Shown: piece by piece, positions 9,276 to 18,637 of the stretch | How positions within the stretch are numbered: position 1 is the first letter of the stretch | Layout: every line of letters begins with the position of its first letter | Source: an uncultured Pseudomonadales bacterium | Lineage (GTDB): Bacteria; Pseudomonadota; Gammaproteobacteria; Pseudomonadales; Azotimanducaceae | DNA: 48,349 nucleotides | Direction: 5' to 3' | NCBI GenBank assembly: GCA_964572185.1 | Contig: CAZNFI010000002.1 | Span: 1-48,349 of the forward strand | Notes under the pieces: model-generated | Told to the model about the DNA's origin: nothing | Databases searched by the model: none | The model's input: the letters and a program-made list of their open reading frames with translations, nothing else | Made by a program: the position numbers and the translations under genes

Positions 9276-10733
9276 ATGAGTGAACTAGCCTTTCTTTCCG
9301 CCACGACCATCGCCTCCCGAATCCGCAATGGCAAACTTGGCTGCGAAGAGATACTGCGCCACTACCTCGACCGGGTCGACCGCCACAACGACACGCTGAA
9401 CGCCCTGGTGGTGGAGGTCCGCGAGCAGGCCCTCGACGAGGCGCGGGCCGCCGACCGGGCCATTGCCACCGGCGACAGGCTCGGGCCGCTGCACGGTGTG
9501 CCGATGACCGTCAAGGAGTCGTACAACCTCGCCGGCACGCCCACCACCTGGGGCAATCCGGACTGGCGCGACAACATCGCCCGGGAAGATGCGGAGTCGG
9601 TAAAGCGGCTCAAGCAGGCGGGAGCCATCGTCTTCGGCAAGACCAACGTGCCGCTCATGCTGGCCGATTTCCAGAGCTACAATGAGGTTTACGGCACCAC
9701 CAACAACCCGTACGACCCCAGCCGGGTTCCGGGGGGATCTTCCGGCGGCTCCGCTGCCGCACTGGCCGCCGGCCTCACCGGCATCGAGACCGGCTCGGAC
9801 ATCGGCGGGTCGATCCGCAACCCGGCGCACTATTGCGGCGTGTTCGGGCACAAACCCACCTGGAACCTGCTGTGGATCCGCGGACACGCGCCGCCGGGCG
9901 ACGTGCGCAGCAAACCCGATATCTCTGTCATCGGCCCGCTGGCCCGCTCCGCCGCCGACCTGCAAACCGCGGTGCAGGTCATGGCCGGGCCCGACGAGAT
10001 CATGGCGCGGGGCTACCGGCTCGACCTGCCGACAGCGGACGGGCGCCAGCTCAAGGACTTCCGGGTCGCGGTATGGGCGGACGACGACCTGATTCCGGTA
10101 AACGCCGAAGTGCGCGAACGGGTGGAACGGGTCGCGGCGGCTTTCCGTGACAGCGGCGCGCCGGTCGATGACCGGGCACGCCCGGATTTCGACGCGGCCC
10201 ACAGCCACGAAACATACAGCGTGCTGCTGCAGGCAACCATGGCCGCGCGCATGCCCGATGCACAGTACGAATCCCTGCAGCGCCATGTGGCGGCTCTCGA
10301 CCCCGACGATGACAGCAGCGCGGCGCGCGTGTTCCGCGCCCAGGTGGCTTCCTTCAAGACCTGGAAGCAGAACGATGAACGGCGCTCGCACCTGCGCTGG
10401 AAGTGGCACGAGTTTTTCAAGCGATACGACCTGCTGCTCATGCCGATCATGTCCACGGCTGCATTCAAGCACGACCACCGGCCCATGGGCCAACGCACCA
10501 TCACCATCAACGGCGAGTCCCGGCCCTATTTCGACCAGGTGTTCTGGGCAGGCCTGGCCAGCGCCAGCTACTTGCCATCGACGGTGATTCCAACCGGCCT
10601 GAACGATGCGGGGCTGCCCATCGGCGTGCAGATCGTCGGCCCGGAGTACGGCGACTTCATGACCATGGGCGCCGCGCGACTGCTGGAATCCGCCGGCTTC
10701 GGGTTTACGCCGCCGCCGGCCTACCTCGACTGA
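9276..10733 (+). CDS. Amidase (amidase-signature family)
   Basis: ORF 9243..10733. GGSSGGSAAALAAGLTGIETGSDIGGSIRNPAHYCG is the AS-family signature with the Ser-cisSer-Lys context. Confidence 0.85.
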   Translation: MSELAFLSATTIASRIRNGKLGCEEILRHYLDRVDRHNDTLNALVVEVREQALDEARAADRAIATGDRLGPLHGVPMTVKESYNLAGTPTTWGNPDWRDNIAREDAESVKRLKQAGAIVFGKTNVPLMLADFQSYNEVYGTTNNPYDPSRVPGGSSGGSAAALAAGLTGIETGSDIGGSIRNPAHYCGVFGHKPTWNLLWIRGHAPPGDVRSKPDISVIGPLARSAADLQTAVQVMAGPDEIMARGYRLDLPTADGRQLKDFRVAVWADDDLIPVNAEVRERVERVAAAFRDSGAPVDDRARPDFDAAHSHETYSVLLQATMAARMPDAQYESLQRHVAALDPDDDSSAARVFRAQVASFKTWKQNDERRSHLRWKWHEFFKRYDLLLMPIMSTAAFKHDHRPMGQRTITINGESRPYFDQVFWAGLASASYLPSTVIPTGLNDAGLPIGVQIVGPEYGDFMTMGAARLLESAGFGFTPPPAYLD

Positions 10734-10774
10734 ACGACACCGGGCGGCACGGCCAGGGTGCGCGGCAACTGCCG

Positions 10775-11530
10775 TTACCGGTCAGGCGCCGGGCGCTGCA
10801 GTTTCGCCAGCTTTTTCTCGATCAGCCGGTCGAGCAACCGGTCGGGCACGGTCGGCGACGGCAGTTCCAGCGCCTGCCGATAGACGCTGCGGGCTCGCTG
10901 CAGGTTCCTGCCCTTGTTCAACATCACCAGGCCGCGCGCATATTCGTAGAGCAGCAGTTTCGATTCCGGGCCCAGTTCGAACGCGATTTCGTAGTGCGCT
11001 TCGGCCGTTCTTTTCGAGGCGCCGATGAACCTGGCCAGAAACCCGCCTTCCTTTATCGCCTCGGCGTGCCAGGCAGCCAGGCCGACATGGGCCATGGCCG
11101 AACCCGGTTCGAGTTCGATGGCCGTTTCCAGCGCATTGCGAATCCTGCCGGCAAAGCCCTGTCGCGCCGCTTTCATCACGCCGATCAACTTGGCATAGCG
11201 ACCCATGGCATGGGCCCAGCGCAGAAAATTCTCCGCGTCGTCCGGGTCTCGGGCAACAGCCTCCTCACCCAGGGACATGGCGCGCTCGTAGTACTCACGC
11301 TGTTGGTCGTCGTCGGCAAAGTGGTAGGCGTAGGTCACCAGCGACAGGTTGGCCAAGGTCAGCCCCTCGGGCGTATCCAGCGCCAGCGCCGACTCCGCCG
11401 CCTCCAGGAACCGTCCTTGGTCGTAGGCGAGGCGGGCCGTTTGCAACGCGTCCGCGGCCGCCCCTGCGGCAGGCGCCAGCAAGCCCGTTGCGCAAAGAAA
11501 CGTGCAGCAGAGCGCCCTGAACCGATGCAT
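10775..11530 (-). CDS. Hypothetical secreted protein with TPR-like helical repeats
   Basis: ORF 10775..11602. From ATG 11530 there is a signal-like MHRFRALCCTFLCATGLLAPAAGAAADA. The rest is A/E/L/R-rich helical repeats (AYDQGRFLEAAE..., YYERAMSLGEEAV..., AEAHYEIAFELGP...). Lies immediately downstream of hpnE on the same strand. Confidence 0.5.
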   Translation of the reverse strand: MHRFRALCCTFLCATGLLAPAAGAAADALQTARLAYDQGRFLEAAESALALDTPEGLTLANLSLVTYAYHFADDDQQREYYERAMSLGEEAVARDPDDAENFLRWAHAMGRYAKLIGVMKAARQGFAGRIRNALETAIELEPGSAMAHVGLAAWHAEAIKEGGFLARFIGASKRTAEAHYEIAFELGPESKLLLYEYARGLVMLNKGRNLQRARSVYRQALELPSPTVPDRLLDRLIEKKLAKLQRPAPDR

Positions 11531-11733
11531 GCGCCGGCCAAACCGCGGAGCCCTGTGCAGGCAAATGCCGGGTCCGCGGGAAAGATCGCTACGACTGGTC
11601 ATGTGCCCAGACTGGCTTGGTCTCGGGGCGCGGAACCCTGCCGAAGAAACCCGGTAGTGTCAACCGACGGGCCGGGCCGTCGTTCGAGTGCAGCGCCGCT
11701 TTTGCCCTGGACGGATGCGTCCTACAACGTCAA

Positions 11734-12990
11734 TCAGGCATCGAGAACGGCTGTTGCGGCCATGCTGCCGGACCGGACCGCGCCCTCGATGGTTGCCGGC
11801 AGGCCGGTATCGGTCCAGTCGCCGGTCAGATACAGGTTGGCGGTCGGGGTGCGGGTGCCGGGGCGCCGGCGCGCTTGGCGCGGCGTCTGCGCGATGGTTG
11901 CCCGTTTCTCTTTCAGAATCCGATGCACCGGCACGGGTTGGCGCGGATGGCACAATGCGACGGCCACGTCCTGCCACAGCCGCCGGGCAATCGCGGCGCC
12001 GTCCTGCAGCGCCAGGGCATCGGCGGCGCTGACCGTCACCGAGGCAATCTCGCCGCGCACGAACAGCCACTGCGCCGTTCCGCCAATCAGCCCGAGCAGC
12101 GGCAGATCGGCCGGTAGACCGGCCGGCTGCGCCAGGCGAAAGTGCGCATTGACGATGGCATTGCTCTTCTCCGGCACTTCGACTTCAGCCAGCAGGTTCG
12201 CCGCCGCCGCTGGCGGCACCGCCAGAACCAGGCTGTCCCCTGCCTCCAGCACCACCCGGTGAGCACCGAAGTCCAGGGCATCGACCCGTCCATTTCTCCG
12301 GTCGATGCGGCGCAGCCGGCAGCCGAACCGTACCGCTGTTCCCTGGCGCCGCAGAAAGTCGACAGCCGGGTCGACGAATGCCTGCGAAAGCCCCTTGGTT
12401 GCGATTCGCGGCAGGCAGGCCGCCGCGCCGCGGACAAAGGTCTCGCGCAGCACCCGCCACAACAACCCGGCGGCCGCTTGCTGCACGGGCGTATTGAGCG
12501 TCGCCACCGCGAGCGGTTCCCAGAACCTCTCGAACAGCGCGCCACTGTCGCCGACACAGTCCGTCACGGTCCGGGACGGGCCGGCAAAGGGCAAGCGCAG
12601 CCCGGAAAGGTAGTCGCGCAAACCGGTATCGGGCACCCGCCGCCGGGAATCCAGCACCCACCAGGGCAGGGTTCGGGAATCTGGCCGCAGTTGCCATCGC
12701 TGCCCGGTACGCAGGTCGAGGAACGGGAAGCGGGCCGAGACCGGACCGGTAAGAACATCGCCGGCACCGATATCGCGCAGGTAGCGCATGACCGACCTGT
12801 TGCCACTGAGCACAAGGTGGTTGCCGTTGTCGATGCTGCAACCGAGCCCGGGGTCCGCAAACGAGCGGCAGCGTCCGCCGGCCTGACCGCTCGCCTCGTA
12901 CAGGGAGGTGGCCATGCCGGCCCGCGTCAGCGCCACGGCCGCCGACAGCCCCGCGAGGCCGGCGCCGACCACGTGAGCCTTATGACGCAC
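11734..12990 (-). CDS. hpnE: Hydroxysqualene dehydroxylase (FAD-dependent desaturase)
   Basis: ORF 11734..13041. Probable GTG start at 12990 gives VRHKAHVVGAGLAGLSAAVAL (Rossmann GxGxxG), an amine-oxidase-like fold. Sits directly downstream of hpnC and hpnD. Confidence 0.8.
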   Translation of the reverse strand: MRHKAHVVGAGLAGLSAAVALTRAGMATSLYEASGQAGGRCRSFADPGLGCSIDNGNHLVLSGNRSVMRYLRDIGAGDVLTGPVSARFPFLDLRTGQRWQLRPDSRTLPWWVLDSRRRVPDTGLRDYLSGLRLPFAGPSRTVTDCVGDSGALFERFWEPLAVATLNTPVQQAAAGLLWRVLRETFVRGAAACLPRIATKGLSQAFVDPAVDFLRRQGTAVRFGCRLRRIDRRNGRVDALDFGAHRVVLEAGDSLVLAVPPAAAANLLAEVEVPEKSNAIVNAHFRLAQPAGLPADLPLLGLIGGTAQWLFVRGEIASVTVSAADALALQDGAAIARRLWQDVAVALCHPRQPVPVHRILKEKRATIAQTPRQARRRPGTRTPTANLYLTGDWTDTGLPATIEGAVRSGSMAATAVLDA

Positions 12991-13015
12991 TTGCCAACGC
13001 CGGAGAATTAAGGCG

Positions 13016-13891
13016 CTACAGAAGCCCGTGGCGCAGGGCAAGCCAGGTTTTGCGTGTGCCGCTCAGGCGTATGGCGCCGTCGACATTATCCCAGCCGCGC
13101 CGCTCCAGGCGCCTGAGCGTTTCCCGATAGATCGCCATCATCACCTCGGCGGGCCGCATCCGGCGCGACCCAAGGCCGCCGATCAGTGCATCGGCTTCCG
13201 CGAAGCAATCCCGCGCCAGTCGGGCGAGTTCCGCGCACGCCGGCGGAAATCGCGGATCCTTGAATATGCTCTGCCGCGAGCTCGTGGCGCTGCCCTGCCT
13301 GGCAACCAGTTCCAGAGGCACGTAAAACCGCTGAATGGCGACATCGTCCTTCAGATCACGCAGGATGTTGGTCAACTGCATGGCGTTGCCCAGAGTCTCG
13401 GCAATTCTCGGGCCGGGGTGCTCCGGCACGCCAAAAACATGTATGGACAGCATGCCCACCGCCCCGGCCACCTTGCGGCAATAGGCCAGCAGGTCGTCGA
13501 GCCTCTGCATGCGCACCGCCAGTCGCGCATCGGTTTCGACACCATCCACCACGTTCAGGAACTCCTGCCTTGGCAGGTGGTAGCGCTGCACCGGATCCAG
13601 CAATGCCCTGGTGGTCGGCCACTGCGGCTGCCCTGCATAGAGGCGCTCGATTTCCTCGCGCCATGCCGAGAGCTGCTTTTTCTTGACTTCGAGGTCGCCC
13701 GGCTTGTCCGCCACATCGTCAACTTCGCGACAGAATGCGTAAATGGCGTACATGGCGTGTCTGCGTTCCGCCGGCAGTATTCGCATGCCCCACCGAAAGG
13801 ACGTTTTCGATTTCGCGACCACGCCGCGCACATGCGCCCACGGGTCGACCTGGTGGCAGGCCGGATGGGTGACGCCGCTGATGGAACCCAT
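13016..13891 (-). CDS. hpnD: Presqualene diphosphate synthase
   Basis: ORF 13016..13999. From ATG 13891; YAFCREVDDVAD and TNILRDLKDD (the two Asp-rich motifs of squalene/phytoene synthases). Confidence 0.8.
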   Translation of the reverse strand: MGSISGVTHPACHQVDPWAHVRGVVAKSKTSFRWGMRILPAERRHAMYAIYAFCREVDDVADKPGDLEVKKKQLSAWREEIERLYAGQPQWPTTRALLDPVQRYHLPRQEFLNVVDGVETDARLAVRMQRLDDLLAYCRKVAGAVGMLSIHVFGVPEHPGPRIAETLGNAMQLTNILRDLKDDVAIQRFYVPLELVARQGSATSSRQSIFKDPRFPPACAELARLARDCFAEADALIGGLGSRRMRPAEVMMAIYRETLRRLERRGWDNVDGAIRLSGTRKTWLALRHGLL

Positions 13892-13917
13892 CGATTGCCG
13901 GTACTCAGCGTGCGGCT

Positions 13918-14811
13918 TCACCGACCGACAAGCCGACCGGCAGCGCCGCAACGTCGCGCGACCCTGCGCAACAAAACCCGACCAATACCGTACGCGCAAC
14001 AGGCCGCATACTGTACCTTGGTCAATGCCACCCGTTCCGAGAGCGGGTCGCGACGGCGCAATTCAGCGCTCAACATCCTGGCAATGTCCACGATCACCGC
14101 GACATCCATCGCAAACCGAGGATCGCGCAGTTTGCCCGGCAAACGACCGGCAAGCGCGAGCAGCCCGTCGGTAGCGTCGAGACAGAGATCGAATACCCGG
14201 CGCAGTGCCGTCGAGGAACGCCGGTGATTCAAGGCCTCGACACCAACACCGGCCTCGGCCATCCAATCCTGGGGCAGGTACACGCGATCGAGCGACCGGT
14301 AGTCTTCCTGACAGTCCTGCAGGTGGTTGATGACCTGCAGCGCCTTGCACAGCGCATCGGATTGCGGGTAGCGGGCGGTCGACTCGCCGTGCAGGTCGAC
14401 CAGATAGCGTCCTACGGGCGCCGCGGACAGACTGCAATAGCCCATCAATTCGTCCCAATCCATGTAGCGCCGCTTGAATGCATCCTGCTTGAACGCCCGG
14501 GTCAGATCGATGCAATGCCGGTCGGTTACTGCCGTATCGGCCAGGCTGCGGCGTACGTCATGGGCTTTGCGCAGTGCCGGGCTGACCGCGTTGCGGCCGC
14601 TCACCGCCCGCGCGAACTCGTTCAGGCGACGCACCTTTTCCGGTGGCGCCAGGTGCGGGTCGTCGGCAATGTCATCAATGGCGCGGGCATAGGCGTAAAA
14701 CGCCGCAACGTGCGGGCGCAGGCGCGCCGGCAACAAGCGCGTCACCACCGGAAAATTCTCGTTCCAGGGCGTCTTGCCGGATGGTGTTTCCAACACGGCG
14801 GTGCCGGTCAT
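13918..14811 (-). CDS. hpnC: Hydroxysqualene synthase (squalene synthase HpnC)
   Basis: ORF 13918..14859. ATG 14811 is preceded by GGAG. YAYARAIDDIADD and INHLQDCQEDY motifs. A second SQS/PSY-family paralog in tandem with hpnD, as in hpnCDE operons. Confidence 0.8.
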   Translation of the reverse strand: MTGTAVLETPSGKTPWNENFPVVTRLLPARLRPHVAAFYAYARAIDDIADDPHLAPPEKVRRLNEFARAVSGRNAVSPALRKAHDVRRSLADTAVTDRHCIDLTRAFKQDAFKRRYMDWDELMGYCSLSAAPVGRYLVDLHGESTARYPQSDALCKALQVINHLQDCQEDYRSLDRVYLPQDWMAEAGVGVEALNHRRSSTALRRVFDLCLDATDGLLALAGRLPGKLRDPRFAMDVAVIVDIARMLSAELRRRDPLSERVALTKVQYAACCAYGIGRVLLRRVARRCGAAGRLVGR

Positions 14812-14910
14812 TGCATTGCTCCGTCGAGATGCTTCCCTAACTGCGGGAATCGCATGCATCTGGAGAAGGTTATCTTGAATTATCTCAAAACATCAACGCG
14901 ACTACCGGTG

Positions 14911-15061
14911 GCTGTCCCGCAAACAAGTGTGATTATTCGTGGCCCTTTTGGCCCCCGGCCGCGCTGCTCCTCCTCGTGTGGGGCCTGCCACAGGGCGTCG
15001 TCGCGCCTTGCCGGGAACCAAAACGGCCCAGCGACCAAAACCCACTTGTCTGCGGGACAGC
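14911..15061. repeat. 19-bp inverted-repeat pair (18/19 complementary) bracketing 113 bp in the hpnC-idi divergent intergenic region
   Basis: GCTGTCCCGCAAACAAGTG (14911-14929) versus CACTTGTCTGCGGGACAGC (15043-15061). The reverse complement of the first differs at one base. Confidence 0.8.
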
Positions 15062-15132
15062 ACACTGGACGCCGGCGCAGAGATGCGGGTTAGAATTGGG
15101 TCCATGGGTAGCAGTCGCGTATCGTCCAATCC

Positions 15133-15708
15133 ATGAACACCAAGTCGGAAATCGTCTCGTCAGACAGCGAACCGCTGATTCTGGTCGACTCGCAAGACCG
15201 CGAACTCGGATACCTGGACAAGGCCGCCTGCCACGACGGCGACGGGCGATTGCACCGTGCCTTCTCCGTATTCATCTTCAACGGCCGCGGCGAGCTGTTG
15301 ATGCAGAAGCGCGCCCCCGACAAACGACTCTGGCCAATGTACTGGTCGAACAGTTGCTGCTCGCATCCCCGCCGCGGCGAGGCAATGGAGATTGCGGTGC
15401 GCCGTCGCGTCGAGCAGGAACTGGGTTTCGGCGCTAACGAGCTGCAGGCACTGCGCTTCGTCTACAAGTTCGAATACCAGGCCAGTTTCGGTGCGAGCGG
15501 CAGCGAACACGAACTCTGTTCGGTGTACCTTGCCCACGCGACCCGCGAGCCTGTGGTGAACACCACCGAAATCGATGAGTGGGCCTGGCTGACTCCGAAC
15601 GAGTTGAGCCGCCGATTGCACTCGCGGCCGCAGGACCACACACCGTGGCTGCACCTCGAGTGGGCGGAACTCCAGGGCAGTCACGTCAGGGAATTGCCGG
15701 CCGGTTGA
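15133..15708 (+). CDS. idi: Isopentenyl-diphosphate delta-isomerase, type 1 (Nudix)
   Basis: ORF 15133..15708. HRAFSVFIFNGRGELLMQKRAPDKRLWPMYWSNSCCSHP...E... matches the type-1 IDI core (catalytic Cys in NSCCSHP, Nudix-like box). Confidence 0.85.
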   Translation: MNTKSEIVSSDSEPLILVDSQDRELGYLDKAACHDGDGRLHRAFSVFIFNGRGELLMQKRAPDKRLWPMYWSNSCCSHPRRGEAMEIAVRRRVEQELGFGANELQALRFVYKFEYQASFGASGSEHELCSVYLAHATREPVVNTTEIDEWAWLTPNELSRRLHSRPQDHTPWLHLEWAELQGSHVRELPAG

Positions 15709-15714
15709 CGGGCC

Positions 15715-16665
15715 ATGACTGCCGCATCGACGACGGCCACAGCCCATCCCAATATCGCGCTGCTGAAGTACTGGGGCAAGCAGGACGGTGCGGCTAACCT
15801 GCCGGCCGCGCCGTCGCTCTCGATCACCCTGGACACGCTGACGACCACCACCACTGTCGCCGATGCGCCAACGGATTCGGTTTCGCTGAACGGCGGTTCG
15901 GCAGGCACTCGCAGAATCGCCCTGGCACTGGCCGACTGGCGTCGCGACCACGCCATCGGGCCGCTGGCCGTCAGCAGCCGCAACAACTTCCCGACTGCCG
16001 CCGGCCTCGCTTCATCGGCATCGGGTTTCGCCGCCCTGGCGACCGCCGTGGATGCACACTGTGGCCTGGAATTGACCGACTCGGCGCGGGCGGCACTGGC
16101 TCGGCGCGGTTCCGCTTCGGCGGCACGGTCGATGCATGGCGGCTTCGTCGGTCTCAGCGGGCCGGACTGGCAGGGCACGCCGCTGCTGGCGGCCGGCGCC
16201 TGGCCGCTGAAGGTGGTCATCGCGGTGACCTCGACGGACGCCAAGCCGGTGTCGTCGCGCCACGGCATGGCGATTTCCCGCGCTTCATCTCCCTATTACG
16301 ATGCCTGGATCGCCAGCACGGAAAGCACTTTTCCACTGATGCGCACCGCCGTGCAGAAACGGGACTTCGTCCGGCTGGCGGCGCTGGCGGAGGCGAGCTG
16401 TCTGCGAATGCATGCCCTGATGATGAGCGGCGACCCGGCGCTCATCTACTGGAACGCCACCACCCTGAGTTGCATCCACGCCGTCCGCGCACTGCGTGAT
16501 GCCGGGCACAGCCTGTTTTTCACCGTAGATGCCGGGCCACAGGTAAAGGTCATCTGCGAGCAACGCCATGCCGAGCCCATACGCCGCACGCTGGCCGCTC
16601 AGGCCGGCGTGCGGCAAACCATGATCGTTGGCATCGGCGCCGGGGCGGCCGTGGTGAGCGCATGA
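15715..16665 (+). CDS. mvaD: Diphosphomevalonate decarboxylase
   Basis: ORF 15715..16665. NIALLKYWGKQD N-terminal motif, NNFPTAAGLASSASGFAAL (GHMP motif II), GSASAARSMHGGFV. Confidence 0.85.
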   Translation: MTAASTTATAHPNIALLKYWGKQDGAANLPAAPSLSITLDTLTTTTTVADAPTDSVSLNGGSAGTRRIALALADWRRDHAIGPLAVSSRNNFPTAAGLASSASGFAALATAVDAHCGLELTDSARAALARRGSASAARSMHGGFVGLSGPDWQGTPLLAAGAWPLKVVIAVTSTDAKPVSSRHGMAISRASSPYYDAWIASTESTFPLMRTAVQKRDFVRLAALAEASCLRMHALMMSGDPALIYWNATTLSCIHAVRALRDAGHSLFFTVDAGPQVKVICEQRHAEPIRRTLAAQAGVRQTMIVGIGAGAAVVSA

Positions 16666-17606
16666 TTTCCGCCGCCGCCCCGGGCAAGGTGCTCCTGTGG
16701 GGCGAGTACGCGGTACTCGAAGGCGCACCCGCCGCGGTACTGGCGGTAGACCGCCAAGCCCGCTGCTCGCTGCGGAACAGCGTTTCCTGGCAATTTCGCG
16801 CGCGCGGCCTGCCGGCAACCACGGTCGAGTACGACGGCCTGCCGGACACCCGGCCGGTGGACGCCGCGGCGGTACTGCCCTGGCAGGTATTGCGGGCCAT
16901 GCCCGAGGCGCGCGCGGTACCGCTCTCGGTGACCATGAACACCGAGGCGTTCTATTCCTCGGGCACGAAACTCGGTCTGGGGTCCAGCGCCGCGCTGTGC
17001 GTTGCCCTGCAAGCCGCGTTTTCGGCCCTGTCCGGCGGCGCGCCGGAATTCTCCCAGGCGCTTGCCGCGCACCGGCACGCACAGGGTGGGCACGGCAGTG
17101 GCGCCGATGTCGCAGCCAGCTTCTTCGGTGGCTGCCTGCGCTTTCAGGACGGCCGCGCGCACTCCTGCCCGGATGCCCTGCGCAATCGCTGTTTCGTCTG
17201 GGTCGGCCGTGGCGCCCGAACCCGTCGCAGGCTCGAAGTGTTCGCCGAATACCTCAAGGGCGGCGACCGAACCGCGCTGCGGGCACTGGGCGATTGCTCG
17301 GAGCGGATGTTCCGTCATCCCGCGGTCGATGGCCTGATCGGTTACATCCGGGCACTGAAACGCCTGGACAGGGCCGCAAACCTGGGCATCTATTCCGCAC
17401 CGCACCTCGCCCTGGAGCGATTGGCCGCAGCCGAAGGCCTGATCTACAAGCCTTGCGGGGCCGGTGGCGGAGATGTCGGCATGGCCGTTGCCGATGCTCC
17501 CGGGCGATTGGCCGGGTTCGCCGCAGCGGCGCAGGCGGCGGGGTATACACCACTGAACCTGGCAGCAGCCCGACAAGGCGTTCGCCTGCAAACGGAACAG
17601 AATTGA
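16662..17606 (+). CDS. mvaK2: Phosphomevalonate kinase (GHMP family; mevalonate kinase not excluded)
   Basis: ORF 16662..17606. The ATGA overlaps the mvaD stop. APGKVLLWGEYAVLEG, KLGLGSSAALCVAL, GSGADVAASFFGG and KPCGAGGGD resemble ERG8-type PMK. Confidence 0.7.
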   Translation: MISAAAPGKVLLWGEYAVLEGAPAAVLAVDRQARCSLRNSVSWQFRARGLPATTVEYDGLPDTRPVDAAAVLPWQVLRAMPEARAVPLSVTMNTEAFYSSGTKLGLGSSAALCVALQAAFSALSGGAPEFSQALAAHRHAQGGHGSGADVAASFFGGCLRFQDGRAHSCPDALRNRCFVWVGRGARTRRRLEVFAEYLKGGDRTALRALGDCSERMFRHPAVDGLIGYIRALKRLDRAANLGIYSAPHLALERLAAAEGLIYKPCGAGGGDVGMAVADAPGRLAGFAAAAQAAGYTPLNLAAARQGVRLQTEQN

Positions 17607-17718
17607 CCACGGCCTCCGATGGGCCGTCGACCCCGTGCTCGCGCCGCTCGGGCACAGACGTTGACATGCATGGTGCCGGGCAACATCATCAGGCGTAGTT
17701 CAGCCGTCGGACCGCACA

Positions 17719-18602
17719 ATGAGCAAGCAGTCGATTCGGTTTCTGCTTTGTCTCGCCGCAGCCTGCGTGGCAGCGAATGTTCGCGCTGCCGAGATCGATG
17801 CCTCGCAACTGTTCAAGGCCGTAACGGAGATCCGCTCCGAGATCGAACAGATCCGGCAGGTGATCGGCGAGCCCCTGCCACCCACGCGGGAGTACCGCAT
17901 CCACGATGCGGTGCCGCGGCACGTCTACTACCAGGCGCAGACCCTGTTCAGAAAGTCCAATCAGTTCGCCCAGCAGATGGCCGGAGTTTCCCGCCAGTCT
18001 CCCCGGCAGGCTCCGGAGGGCGAGATCACCGACAACGACGTACTGGGCGTGCTGAACGATGCCCGTGAGCAACTCGGCCTCGTCAAGGCGGCGCTCGGCA
18101 TCGACGAGGCGGTTCCCCAGGCCAGGCTCGAGCGACGCAAGCGGCCGTCCGATGTATTGCACGCCCTCATCGAAGCGGCCGTTCGGTGGCCTGGACCACC
18201 ATCTACGACCGTGTGCTGCTGGCCATCACCTATGTCGGTGGAGCCCTGCCGGAAGCGACGCGCTTTCCGCCGCTGCCGGAATTCCAAACCGGCAAGTTCC
18301 CTGAGGACGTATTCAACCGGCTTGCGGAGTGCATGGAACTCTCCAGAACGCTGGCCGCCGAGAACGGTGTCGCCATTTTGCGCCTCGAGAGCATACGGCG
18401 CTCCGAAGTCGGGCCGACCGCCATCGAGGTGGGCGACCTGGCAACCATCGTACTGTCCGACCTGGCGGAGCTGACCTACGAAATGGCAGCCGAAGACGTC
18501 GCGGCCCCCGAGTACGCCCACCCGAACCGGGTGTTTCCAAACCACCTCTATCAACTGGCCGGTGTGCTGAAAACGCAGTTGGAAATGCTCGTCGAGAACT
18601 GA
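17719..18602 (+). pseudogene. Secreted four-module helical-repeat protein of unknown function, reading frame broken near 18175-18195
   Basis: ORF 17719..18474 starts with a signal peptide (MSKQSIRFLLCLAAACVAANVRA) and is plausible up to ...PSDVLHALIEAAV, then becomes junk (RWPGPPSTTVCCWPSP). ORF 18186..18602, in the frame open from 18069, continues with sequence repeating the pattern of the first half (FPEDVFNRLAECMELSRTLAAENGV resembles VPRHVYYQAQTLFRKSNQFAQQMAGV). A missing base would join the two frames. Confidence 0.6.
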
Positions 18603-18637
18603 TGGCAGCAGCCTGAAACCGGCGTCTGCATCCTGCC

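Noticed and set aside
17661-17689. Sigma70-like promoter TTGACA-N17-CATCAT upstream of the frameshifted secreted-protein gene.
   Set aside because: The -35 is perfect but the -10 is weak (4/6). With no supporting data it is left unreported as a feature.
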